NCBI RefSeq assembly: GCF_009834535.1
Contig: NC_045697.1
Location: forward strand, 2,730,001-2,794,000
Source of the DNA: Camelus ferus
Taxonomy: Eukaryota
Reading direction: 5' to 3'
DNA length: 64,000 nt
Positions 24,401 through 36,400 of the stretch are shown in pieces. The notes under the pieces were generated by a model that was not told where the DNA came from, made no database searches, and saw nothing but the letters and a program-made list of their open reading frames with translations. The translations under genes were made by a program, and so were the position numbers. Position 1 is the stretch's first letter. Each line of letters begins with the position of its first letter.

Positions 24401-27400
24401 CCAAGTCCCGGCAGCCATGCCTTGCAGAGGGGAGATACCAGGCCTGGGATTAGGGAGTCCCAGGGATGGACTCACTCATACGTTGGGCAGGGCAGAGAAA
24501 CACTGGTGGTCCCAAGTCTGGGGGCAGGCTGGGGAAGAGTCACTAATTCCAGTGACCGCGGGAGGGAAGACCACCGCGGGTGAGACCTGCAGCTCAGAGG
24601 CTAAAGGCACATGTCCGCGCCAGGGGGCAGGCCGCTCACGCCTTGTGGGGCAGCGGGAGCATCTTGGACCATCCCCAGACTTACAGGTACCCACCTGGGG
24701 AGGACGGCACCCGGCCACCTGAGGTCTCCTGGGGGCGGGAGGCCTGAGCCCCAACAGTCAAGAGCCACTGCCACCTCCCCTGGGCCTGGGAGAAGCCCAG
24801 TCTGTGCCCTCTAACAAGGCGCTCCAGGCAGAGGCCAGCACCTCCCCTGTTCTACTGTTCCCAAGATCTTGTGGACAACAGGGCTCTCCTGGGAATTAAA
24901 AGTCAAAGTCCGTACTTTCAGATTCACCTGCGGGTCTCACCGTGGGCTGCATGCCGGCCTCCCTTTCCACCTGGCCCGCCTCAGAAGGGGCGCCTAGGAA
25001 GCAGGGTGCCGACCCACAGAACACCCCATGGCACCTCGGCCTTGTCAGCAGTTACCCAAGTGGTCAGCCACCTGGACCAGGGTGGCGCCGGCCAGGGCTT
25101 TCGCCCAGAGAGCCTCCGAATCAGATGCTCAGTCAGATGGTTCCTGGAGGAGGGGGACGTCACAAGGACACAGAGATGGGACAGGTGGGGTGACAGAGAC
25201 AGACTCAGCACACCACTGATGCCCACGGAAGACCAGGCTGTGGGGAGAAGGACCCCCTGCGGAGCCCTCTCTGGCCCGTCCCACCCACAGGGCCCCTGAC
25301 AGGTGGAGGGTGGGGCCCCAATCTCCCCCAGTGACCCCAAAACTCAGAGGCCAAGGCTGGGCTGCACAGGCAGCCCCACAGTGCCCTCCAGAGGCAAGAA
25401 AGAAGCAGTTCCTTCCAGCAGCCCTGGGGACTCTAAATGCTCATAACAACTTTTGAAAATAATCAAGACTGATTCCTGGCTCTCCTGAGAGCCTGAGCTT
25501 CAGCACGTGGCTTGTCCCATGAGAACAATCAGACACAAGCATCTACCTTTCCTGTCTGACTTCTGCATTTTGAAGATTTCAAAGAGAATTAAATGACCAT
25601 TTCATAGTATCTCCAAACTCTTATGTATATTCAAGTGGCCAGTGCACTTTTCTGGCCTTCAGTAACCTGCTTCTGTTTGGATAATTTCTATGGTTTGAAA
25701 ACGAGTAACCCTGGACCCTAAAACCTGGGCATTTCTGTAAAGGTTAACAAAGGGCCCAGACTTCACCACTGAGGCACCCAAAGTCCTGTATGTTAAAAGG
25801 AACTACAAAGAAACACCTGTTTTAATGGAGGTGCTGGGGCTTGAAGCCAGGACCCCGTGCATGCTGAGCACGCGCTCTACCGCTGACCTGTACCCTCCCC
25901 CAAGTGCGCTTATCAGTGGCCTCACAGCTTCTTTAAAATATACTTAATTAAAAACCACCACACTTCTTAGCTGGTTCTGAAAAGTGAACAGAGTCGCTGC
26001 CTGAAGCCCAGCAAGGAGCCAGGGTGGGCGTTACCTCCTCGATTCCAGGCCTCCACTCCCCCACGGGGGGCACTTCCAGCATCTGACCGCTGCCCGCCCA
26101 GGAGCAGACGTGCCACGCGCAGAACCACCTGGTCAATAAAGTCTCGAGGGAGGGTGGCACAGTTCCTCACGCGCTCGGCCTTTTCTCTAGGGTGAAACCC
26201 AGACAGCCAGAGTCCTTCGGGCCGGGCCTCCGTCCCTCGCTGGCCGGCCTGCGCCCCCGGAGCATGTCCAGCCGCGGCTTCCAGGGCTCCGAGACCCTCG
26301 CCAGGTGGGCTCACGGGGCAGCCCCGCCTGCTACTAATGTACCGCGTCCTCTGCTCGTCCATGGAAGCTTCTGCAGCAGCTGGGTATGTTCTGGATTTCC
26401 CGATGAGACAGACCTGCAGGAGAAACGGGCAGAGCTAGGCCTTAGCTCCAGGAGCACGTCGACGTGCTCCACGGGGTCCCCTCGCTCTGGAGCACAAATC
26501 CCATGGAAGGTTAGACACCTACCATGAAAGGAGTCCTTCTTCTAGAAACTAATCCAGAATCAGTGATTCAAAGAAGAAACAACTGCCGGCTCGAGCCCGG
26601 GCAACACCTCCTCATGCAGACCCCGTGGGGCCTGACGCGCACGCACGGGCCCAATGGCTCGAGCCCAGGCGACACCTCCTCGCGCGGACCCCGCGGGGGC
26701 CTGACGTGCACGCATGGGCCAAGGGCACATCTACGGGGCTCGTCAGCTGTGCCCCATCTTAAACAAGTCCCTGTGTCAGTCCTCCCTGCACCCTGCCCCA
26801 GCCCACAGGCGGACCCTGCTGGGGTCAGGAGCTCTCGAGGGGGCTGTGAAATAATGAGAAGTCTCTCTGTCAACCTGGCCAGAGCGCGGGGAAGAGTGTG
26901 TGAACCTAACAGAGCGTTTGGCAGGGTGTAGACGCCCAATTCACACTGTTCTCTTCCCTCTTCGTGTGTCCAGACGGAGGTCGTCCTCAGGAGCCCCTGG
27001 GAGAGAGACCCCGTCCAGCGAGGCTGCCACAAACACAGGCTCTCAGGACGTCCTCCTTGGGCACAAACCAGAAAGCCAGGTGACAGGCGATGGAGGGGAG
27101 AGAATCTGATTACACCAGAGCCACCCCTTACTGCTCTCCAGCTCTGCGCCTGCCGACTGTGCAGTCCTGGGCAGGCGACAACTTCCTGTGTGGGAATGAC
27201 AGTGCCTGGCATGTAACCAGTCCTCCGTTAACTGCTGCTGTGGACACCCACGCTTGCATCTGACCCCCAAGCCATCCAATTACATGAACACTGAGGCTCA
27301 GGAGATTAAGCCTGAGTCCATGGTCTCCAGCAACTAGTAACAGAACAACAAAGGCAAACATCAAAACTGCAGGTCCTCGTGCCCACTGGCATGACCCTAA

Positions 27401-30400
27401 CTCGCGCAGCTTCAAAATTCAACTCCAACCTCAGGAGACTGTGACTTGCCAAAACAGAGGACATTTAGGAGACAGTCATGAAGGCTCTGAAGATGAGTCC
27501 CAAAGGGAATTTCCAAAATGACTCTGAGCAGTGACAGCAATGACGTGCCTGAAGCCGACCGAGGGCCCCAACCACTGCCAGCGGGCGAGCGCCTGCGGGG
27601 AAGGCCCGGCGCCAGGGGAGGACTTGGGCACGGAGCGTTCATAATGCGCCCACGGGGGCACTGCTAGAAAGTGGGTGGCAGGGCCAAGAGTTAAGCTCAA
27701 GTCTCCGATCCTTTTCACCGCTGTCAAGCCACCAAGCTGAGATCTGAATGACCGGCTTTTGTGTTTTGTTTTTCAAAAAAAAAAAAGCACACTGACAGGC
27801 ACAGAGTCTTATAAAAGACATGACCAGGGATTAACGCAGAACCCCGCCTGGCTCTCTCAAAGGTTCAGGCCCCTGATAAGTTTGTCCTCACTGCCCAGCA
27901 GGGTCGTAGACAGTGCAAAGGTCAATTTCTACCTGGAAAAATTACATTTCAGGTAAATCTGAATTAGTGAGGCTTTTAATGAGAAATTCGAAAATCATTT
28001 TGTATTTCTGAAGCAAACTTCAATTTCAGCCAATTATCTGGGAATCCGAATCAGAAGTTAGAACATTCAGCCTCAGACACTGAGGCCAGAAATTTGTACA
28101 AGAGGTAAGCTGACAGCTTCTCTGGGAAGGTCCCCTACGGCCATTCACAGCTTCTAGAGAGGCCGTGAAGACGAGGTGAGGGTTCTCACACAGCTGCTAC
28201 GGGCCTGGGGAGGAAGTGCCCGAAGGCCTGAAAAGGAGGGGCCCACAGACCCAGACCAGCCTGCTGGAGGCGCTGGAACCAGCACAGGTGCCTTTGGGAC
28301 ATTCACTTCCAAACACCACAGTGTCGTCACTGGTTCTGTGGCAAGGCTCCAAGTTTCCCATCTAAACACCAGCACCTCACCCTCCCAGAACAGCCAAGGC
28401 GATCAGGACGTACCCTTTTGGTAGAAGGAATTCTAAGGCAGTCCTCCACTACGTGAAATCCACAGGCCGACCCCACCTCCGTGAGGAAATCCAGGTATCC
28501 TCGGTACTGGGTCTTCGTGCTCTGCCGCCGCTGGTATTTTCCAATGAAGTCAAAGAAGCAGCAGGGAAGGACAAAGAAACGGCAGTGGTAGGAAGACCTT
28601 CAAAGACAACCAGCAACCACAGAAGCCAAAAGTCTTGAATAAACTCATTAAAGAAAATTCAGCTGAAAGCCTCAGCAGCAGTGCACCAGGACAGAACACC
28701 ACTGACGCGCTGCTGGCTAATTCTGTTAGCTGGTGTAAAAATGAATTACAGCCTTCCCCGACTTAATTTCTAGAAACAACATAGCATGGTATCTTCCCAA
28801 TCAGAAATGAATCTAATTACTCTTATAAAAACGTTTTCCTACTGCACTCACCATCAACTGTGTTACATTTTCTATTGTGTATATCAGCAACTGCGATCTA
28901 AAACCCCCTGAACTACTCTGAGATTTCAGCTGTGGATAAAAAATTTCGGAAGTAGGCGCAGAACAATTCAGACTTGCCCCTTGACCTGTTGTTCTAAACC
29001 AGTGCAAAAGAACGGGCCGAGAGGGCGTCATGTTTGGTGAGGTAACTCGGATGAAGACAAAGGCTGCATGCTGTTGCTTACATGTTGTATCTAAAAGTAG
29101 GACAAGGGAGGAGGGCGCAGCTCAGGGGTAGCGTGCGTGTCAGCGTGCGCGAGGTCCTGGGGCAGTGCCCAGGACCTCCATCCTGTACACCGGAGAGTGA
29201 TTTGTTTTTTAATTGAAGTACAATCACAATGTGCCAATCAATAAACAAACAAACAAGTAAACCTAATCACCCTCCCCATTAAATAAATAAATAAAACGGA
29301 CGAAGGTTCTAAAAAGAGACTCAGACATAGAGACTGACGTCGTGGCGAGCAGTGGGGGGACAGGAGGGAGGGGACGAGACAGGGTGAGGGGCAGTAAGAG
29401 GCACAAACTACTCTGCGTAAAACGAGCTGCAAGGAAACACCGCACAGCATGGGGAGCAGAGACACTATTTTATAGTAATTATAAATGGAGTATTATCTCT
29501 AATTTTGAATCACATTGTACACATGAAACTAATGTAATATTGTAAATCACCTGACTCCAATTTAAGGAAAATCAATCACTAAGTCAGTCGAAGAGAACCT
29601 TGGATGAGACCTGGCAATGAAATATGAAGGGGAAGCAGGGTGCCCCCAACTCAGTGAAGTCTCCCCAACACTGAAGCAGGAGCCATCTCTGACCAATGCA
29701 GAGCGCCCCCACTTTGAAGAGACAAATATTTCAGCAGAGAGTCTTCATACCAACAGGCAAATCCTCCTGTTACCAGAAAAACTTCCCAGAAAAGACACCT
29801 TTCAACACTGGATAAAAACACTGCAGAATTAACCACAGTGCACAGCAGAAATAGAATGCGACCCGCATGCATCATTTTATATTTCCTGGTACCTACATTG
29901 TAAATAGTGAAATAAAACAGGAGGAGTTTATTTTAAACGTAACCCAACATTCCAATATATTATCATTAAACAATCTGAACAAGCGACACTCCAAGTGCTC
30001 AACAGCCACAGGCATCCCGTGGCTACTGTCATGGTCAGTGGGCTCAATCAACAGAAGACCCCCAGCCACCCACCGTGCCAGCATCTCCACCAACCCACCT
30101 GGCTGCAATGACAGGTATCCAGGGTGTCAGTTCGTCGGAATGGTTTCCGATTAACCAATCAGCTTCAGGAAAAAGGGTGTTATCATTCGGTGTGACTGCA
30201 CCTTCCTAAAAGAAAGACACAAAACGTCCAAACATCTAGTGAATAAAAGCAGAGCTACTGAGACAGCATGACTCAGAGGGGATGAAGGCTGGAGCCCCTC
30301 TGCGGAACCACAGCTGCTCCCGCCCTGGCTCAGCCCCTCTGGGCTGCCGGGTCTTCAAGTGCAAAAGGCCAAGGCTGGACTAGGCGTGAGAGCGAGTGTT

Positions 30401-33400
30401 CCTGGTGCAGGCCAGCCCGAGGGTACGGAATTCCGCAGCTTTTAGCACCATTACCGAGGAGCCAACATCACTCGTCTGAGTGCTCATCTCCTGATAATTA
30501 AAAATATCCTTTTCACATAAACAGAAGAGGGAGTGAGAGGAATATGGGACCTGTGAACCACTCTACTTGTGGCAGAAAATGGAAGCCAGAAACGGCCTGA
30601 AGGGTGGCGGCCTGGAGAGCAGCCAGGCCTGGGGATAATCTGAGTGCACCCCATGACCCACTGACACCACCTCAACACCATACAGGAAGCATCTATGCAC
30701 ATAAGCAGGTGTATATCTTCCCCATTAGACTGTTACTTTCTGTAAACTCTAAGACGGCAAGTTTTTACCCACTGAGTAGCATGTGACCCACTGTGACAAT
30801 TTCTGCAGTTAACCTAGAAACAGCTTGCTTTATGATTTAAAAACTTTAAATGAACACCCCATCCTTTCTGCTAATTAGCAGACCATCATTAATTTTTAAA
30901 TCAAATCTCAACAGGGAATCTGCCAGTAAAAACTGGAAGTAAGTAGATGTGTTATTCCTCGATCAGAACAAACAGGGAAGACGTTACATTAACACTTTCA
31001 AAGCCATTCTTTCTAACAATAAAACTACAACACAAGAGACTTTTGCAGACCTGATGGATACAAAAATAGAATTTAAATTCTTCTTTTGGCTCTTAAATAA
31101 GCATGTGTGCCTCTGTTTGCATATACATTAAAATGCTAAAAATAATAATTTCAGTAAAATACTGAAAATGGTCTATATATAATTTAAAAGCAGGAAAACC
31201 AAACTTTTTGATACTGTTTATTCTTTATTCCCACCCATTCTAGATCTAAATTTGCCTATCTCTTTAAATGGCCTACATTTATAAAAACACAATTACACTT
31301 AGTAATTACAATAACCACATTTACAGTTATCCTTCCAACAGTATGCTGGACAACAAAGCCCCACCTATTTTAGAAAAAGTTTTAATTGAAATTTTGAATG
31401 TAGCAAATTGCAGTATTTCTATTTCATGTATAGCTTCACTAACGAAACTAAGGCAGGGCGATCACCACATGCTGTTATTAAAAGCACATGTTTTTCTTAT
31501 CAGTCTCTTGCTTACAATCAAACACGGTTTTGAAAGAAAGACAACAAGCCGTCCCCCATGCCTGGCCTTCTGAACGTCCAGACTGTGCCCGTTCACAGGG
31601 GTCACTCACTAAGAAGCCTGTGAACACCAGGCACTCGCCAACAAAGGCCCCCGCGTTTCGGGCCACGCAGAAGCGTGCCAGAGGTGTGGCTGGCGTCCAG
31701 CCTCTCACCTGACCCCGGAACACGCCGGACTCTTCTAGCACTACGACTGGAGTCCAGGGGCAGCAGGACAAGACGCACGGGGCGAGGGCACGGCACTCTC
31801 CCAGCCGGCCTTGCCAAGCGACTTTCCGGACCCCGTGGGAGAGTCTGGAGCAGGCTGCTGGGGAAACTCAAATAAAGAGCTAGACTCTTCTGCCTGTTCT
31901 CCAAGGGCACACCACGCCGGCCAGCTCTTCCCTGGGGCCATGATTCAAACAGAGACCCAATTCAACTGCTGTTTGAACTTTTTACCCAAAGAACTTACTT
32001 TGCTTTTCTGCCCGGGGCACAGGGGGCCTGCGGTCAGCTGTGCGCCTGCTTTAGTTTTGATCAGCCTCTTGCCAGCACTTGGAGCCCGAATTGATCAGCT
32101 GTGTAAGAACACAGTACTCTGCCCTCTGGCAGACAAGAATCTGCGTCCTAGTGACAGGCACGCATTTTAGCTCAGGGACAAAGGTCTTGAGGCAATGCTG
32201 GCAGCTGAGTGGCAGAAGCCCTGTGTTGGGAGGGTTGGCGGCCCCCAGGTGCCCCAGAGCTAAGGACGTGGCCCCCATGGCTGGGCGCCCCCGGCTGGCT
32301 CAGAGACCTGGGCCAGAGACCCACAGGGGTGGACATCTGACCCCAGACCTGCTGAGGGGGTTGCTGCCAAGGAGATGCCCACCCACCTTCTCCCCAGGGA
32401 GACCCCTCTCTGATCCGCCGGAGCTGCTCCCGACCACAGCTGGGGCAGCTGGGTTCACTCCAGCCCGGCGGTCACAGCTGAGATCAGGCTACCGGAGGGC
32501 TCAGGGCAAACGTGCCGTCCTTGTCACAGGGAGTCTGTGGCCCACGGCACTGCACCTGAGGCTCAGCAGTGTGCCCCCTGTGTGCTCCTCAAAGGCCCCC
32601 CTGGCGCCCCTACCCTGGCCCGGTCCCGGCAGGGTGGGCACCCAACTGCAAGTGAGTGTCGGAACACGTGGCCCGTCTCAGGCCCCAGAGAACGTGTGAG
32701 AAGACTGAGGGGTTGTCCTCTGCCCCAAAGACAGCACGTGAGCGCCCGCGGGAGACACAAGGTGTGGACCAGACCTGGGCGGACACAGCACCTGCGGCTC
32801 CAGAGGGCAGCATCTTCTCTTCAGTTTAACCCCCAGGCTTTGGAAAGGCAAAAGGCCCACCCTCCTTTGAAGCTTCAGCACACTGAGATGAAGGTGCGCT
32901 GTTACAGTTAGTAGTTCTGATTGACCCACACGCAGACATACGCTCCTTGAAACAACTGCCAGCGGGGACAACTGTGTGCGGGCACGTGACCCAACAGAGC
33001 CTGTACCTCCAAGTGCGTCTGGGGTCCGTACATGTCCCAGATGTTTCTTCTTCGGACATCAATCCCTCTGCCTGGGTGCTGAAACAATTTCAGAAATCAA
33101 AGGTTAAGGTCAGTGCATTGTAACAGATCAGCGAGAACGCGTCAGGCTCTGTAGGTGTCGCCACCTGTATGACACGAGAGAGGCCCCGCGCGTCTCAGCT
33201 CCTGCAGACACTCGCGCCCTCAGGGCACAGAGAAGAGCCCTCACCACTGAGTCTCCATGAAGGAGACAAGGAGCCGGGCCGGTGGGAGCACCTCCAGCCC
33301 CGGGAAACATACCTGGAGAGGGAACGGCTCACCTGCTCTCAGTTAAGTTCAGATCTCAGGCGCACCTGCTGCTTTGGGCAACGGAAACAAGACCCGTCCT

Positions 33401-36400
33401 CTTGGGTGGGTCTCATCCCCCCACTGTGATCACACTCAGCTCTCAGGCCCCCCCACCACCGCACCACTCTCAGGTCACCGCCCGATGTGCTGGCATCCCA
33501 CGGACAACCTGTTTAGGTATCACAAACTCATCCTTTTACAAAACACTTCAAAAAGTAACCTGTTCCGGGGGAGGATATAGCTCAAATGATAGAGCACATG
33601 CTTAGCACGCACAGGGTCCTGGGTTCAATCCCCAGTACCATTAAAAAAAAGAAAAAAAAAAATCTGTTCCAAAGCCCCACAGCTGAGGACAGACTGTCCA
33701 TCCACAGGACAGATGCTGTGGTTGGAAGAAAATCAGCCTCCGGGTCAGCACGAGTGGGCTTCAATCCCAGCCGTCGCCCTCCAGCGTGAAGCTGCTGACC
33801 AGCAGCTCACTCCGCCAGACATAGGGGCGGCGGCGCCGGAGAGCTGGGGGCGCAGGCGCTGATGGCCAGGCTGCCTGAGTGGCTCCCCTGCCGCGGCTGC
33901 TCTAAGCCTTCACTGCCTGCGCTTCCCTATGCAAAGACGGGTGCAAGACTGAGTATGACAGTTTCACATGTATGTGTATACGACTGTCCTGAGCCAGAGT
34001 TTATTTTTGCAAAGACAGAACCCACCTTATCCTTTATTCCTCTCCCCATGCCTTGAAATGGTGGGTTTTCCAGGAAAACACCGACAACAAAAACATACGG
34101 CTGTTGAAAGCGTGCCGTTTCACAGGCACAGGCCACGTGTCCCCAAGAACCCTCTCCTAGTCTAGTGAGGTCACCGTCTCTGCCCTCCCATTTTACAAGC
34201 CACCTGTTCTCCAATGACACGGTCTAGCCGTCACTGTTCCGACAGCCAGATCGTACCAGCAGAGAAAGATCTTGTGCTGGACCTGAAGACACTCTAGCAA
34301 AGGGACAAGAAACGGCAACGAGCCTGCTTTACCCCCTCACTGCTCAGGATGTGGACCAGGAGGCCGTTCCCGCAGCCGAGGTCGACAAAGGACTGCTTAG
34401 CTGTCAGTCCGCGCTCAGCTCTCTCTTCTTCCCATAGAATCTAAGAAGAGAAAAAACAGTCAGCTTGTGATTCACTCTACTCCACAGGAGCTCAGACTCA
34501 AGCCCAGGTGGGACTACAAATCGCTCTCCCAGAACAGGCTACACCCAGGGGAGCAGAGGGCGGTGGGGACCAGCCCACTGTCCTCGTCCGATGCCACCTG
34601 GGCACCCAAGCCGCCTTCCTCCATCAGGAGTCCACGCTCCTGTGGGCATCTCTGGGCGAGAGCCCTTCAGATTTACCGTTAGCTTCTTCAGGCTTTCTCT
34701 ACACTCTTCAAGTGACACTTTGATAAACAAAACAAACTATCTCATTTCCAAGAAACTAAAGATATTTGCAGTTGAAAGAAAGTCGGAAATTATCTAAACA
34801 TTTCATAGATAAGAGAATGAAGACTATGAAGTTAAAGGGCATGCCCAAATCTAGGTGGTGAGCAAGCTGCCGAGGAAGGTCTGGAACCAGAAACGCCGAA
34901 CGCTAGGACTGGGGGGCGGGGCACAGATACGTCAGCCGGCACCTCCACGTTCCATGTCGGCTGTGAGTCGTGAAGGCACCGGTTCAGCTCGAATCCCTGC
35001 AGTGAAGCTTCACAACTCAAACTTGTCCTACGCTTATGCACCACGAAACGTTAGAATAAAAAAAATCACGTGTGCAGCCAACCTGGGCAAAAAGAACTAC
35101 AAACCCCTAAGCTATGGACGTGATAAACGGCTGCCCACTGCCGCCTCCCAGGAGCTGCCTCCCACCCACTGAGGCTTAGATCACACACGTTCTTACCAGC
35201 AGGTAGGCAGCAATCGCCACATCCTCATATACAAACTTCTCAGGATCAGTTACTTCGGGCCACACCTAAAACACGTTCAAGAGCAGATGTGACTTGCTCT
35301 CCCGCCCCCACCATGTCATAACATTAAAGAGTCCCCATAAGGCAGAAGTCAAACTGGACTAATCATGCAATAAAATAAAATAAGGCCGTTCCTAAGGCAG
35401 AAATCCCTTACAATTAGGGGTCTGCATGAAGACACAAAGCCTTGAGTGTATCCGTATGTAACAGGACACACCGAGAGCATCGGAACCCAGAGTAGGTGCT
35501 GCGATAAAGTACGTGAGACATTGGCACATCAGAGGAGAGTGCCTGGCTAGGCCACCCTCACCGCTTATCTAGATGAGGATAATGAACAGGGACACCGGGC
35601 GGGGGCGGGGCTGTCAAGGACGGCGCTGTCAAGGACGGCACAGGGACAGGGGTCGGGAGGTCAGCGCTCCAGCCCCTGATCTATCAGTGACTTGCCGTCA
35701 CTCGTAGGGAGTGTCACTCAGCTCTTCTGTCCGAAACAGGACAGAGCCCATGACCAATGAGCATGCAGGATGACCTCAGGTACTTTGACTGTACAACGTG
35801 GGCTGGGCAAGTGTGAGGCCCATTATTAAAATCCGTAAGTGCAGGACAGGTATTTGGTAGGAGAGGAAAACCAAGGGCCAGTGTTAGATGCTCAGCGCCC
35901 TGTCTGCTGTCACAGCAGATTAGACAGTTCAGACAAGACTTCTCACGTCACCAAGAACAACTTACACAGGTGGACGAACACAGAAGTCCCTTCTGGAAGG
36001 TGCTGAATAGTGAGCAAGATAATGAAGCACCTCGGCCAGGACCCAGGGGAGAAGGGGAGCCCGGCTCAGCCAGCCCAGGACCCACACCAACTCCAGCAGG
36101 AATGAATGGTGATCGTTTCAAGCCTAAGATTTTGGGGATGCTTTGCTAACAGCCACAGGGGACTGATTTAAAAAGTACATGGAGATGATGAATCTCTAAT
36201 TCTGGGAGAAGGGAGCGAGGTATGGACCAGGAAGAGTAGAAATGAGGGCCAACTACATTAGCACAGGAATCTTGGAGGGACTGCGGGGTTGGGTCCAGAA
36301 TACCCCCAACAAAGTGAATTTCACGGTAAAGCGAGTCACCCAGATCTCCTGGTTTCCCAGTCCACATGAGACTTATGTTTACACTATACTGTGGTCTACC

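Noticed and set aside
33567..33645. tRNA-Ala-like sequences as true tRNA genes
   Set aside because: Poly(A) tails, TSDs and stem-disrupting mutations mark them as SINEs.
35610..35639. Perfect 15-bp tandem duplication GCTGTCAAGGACGGC x2
   Set aside because: Simple intronic slippage duplication with no further structure.
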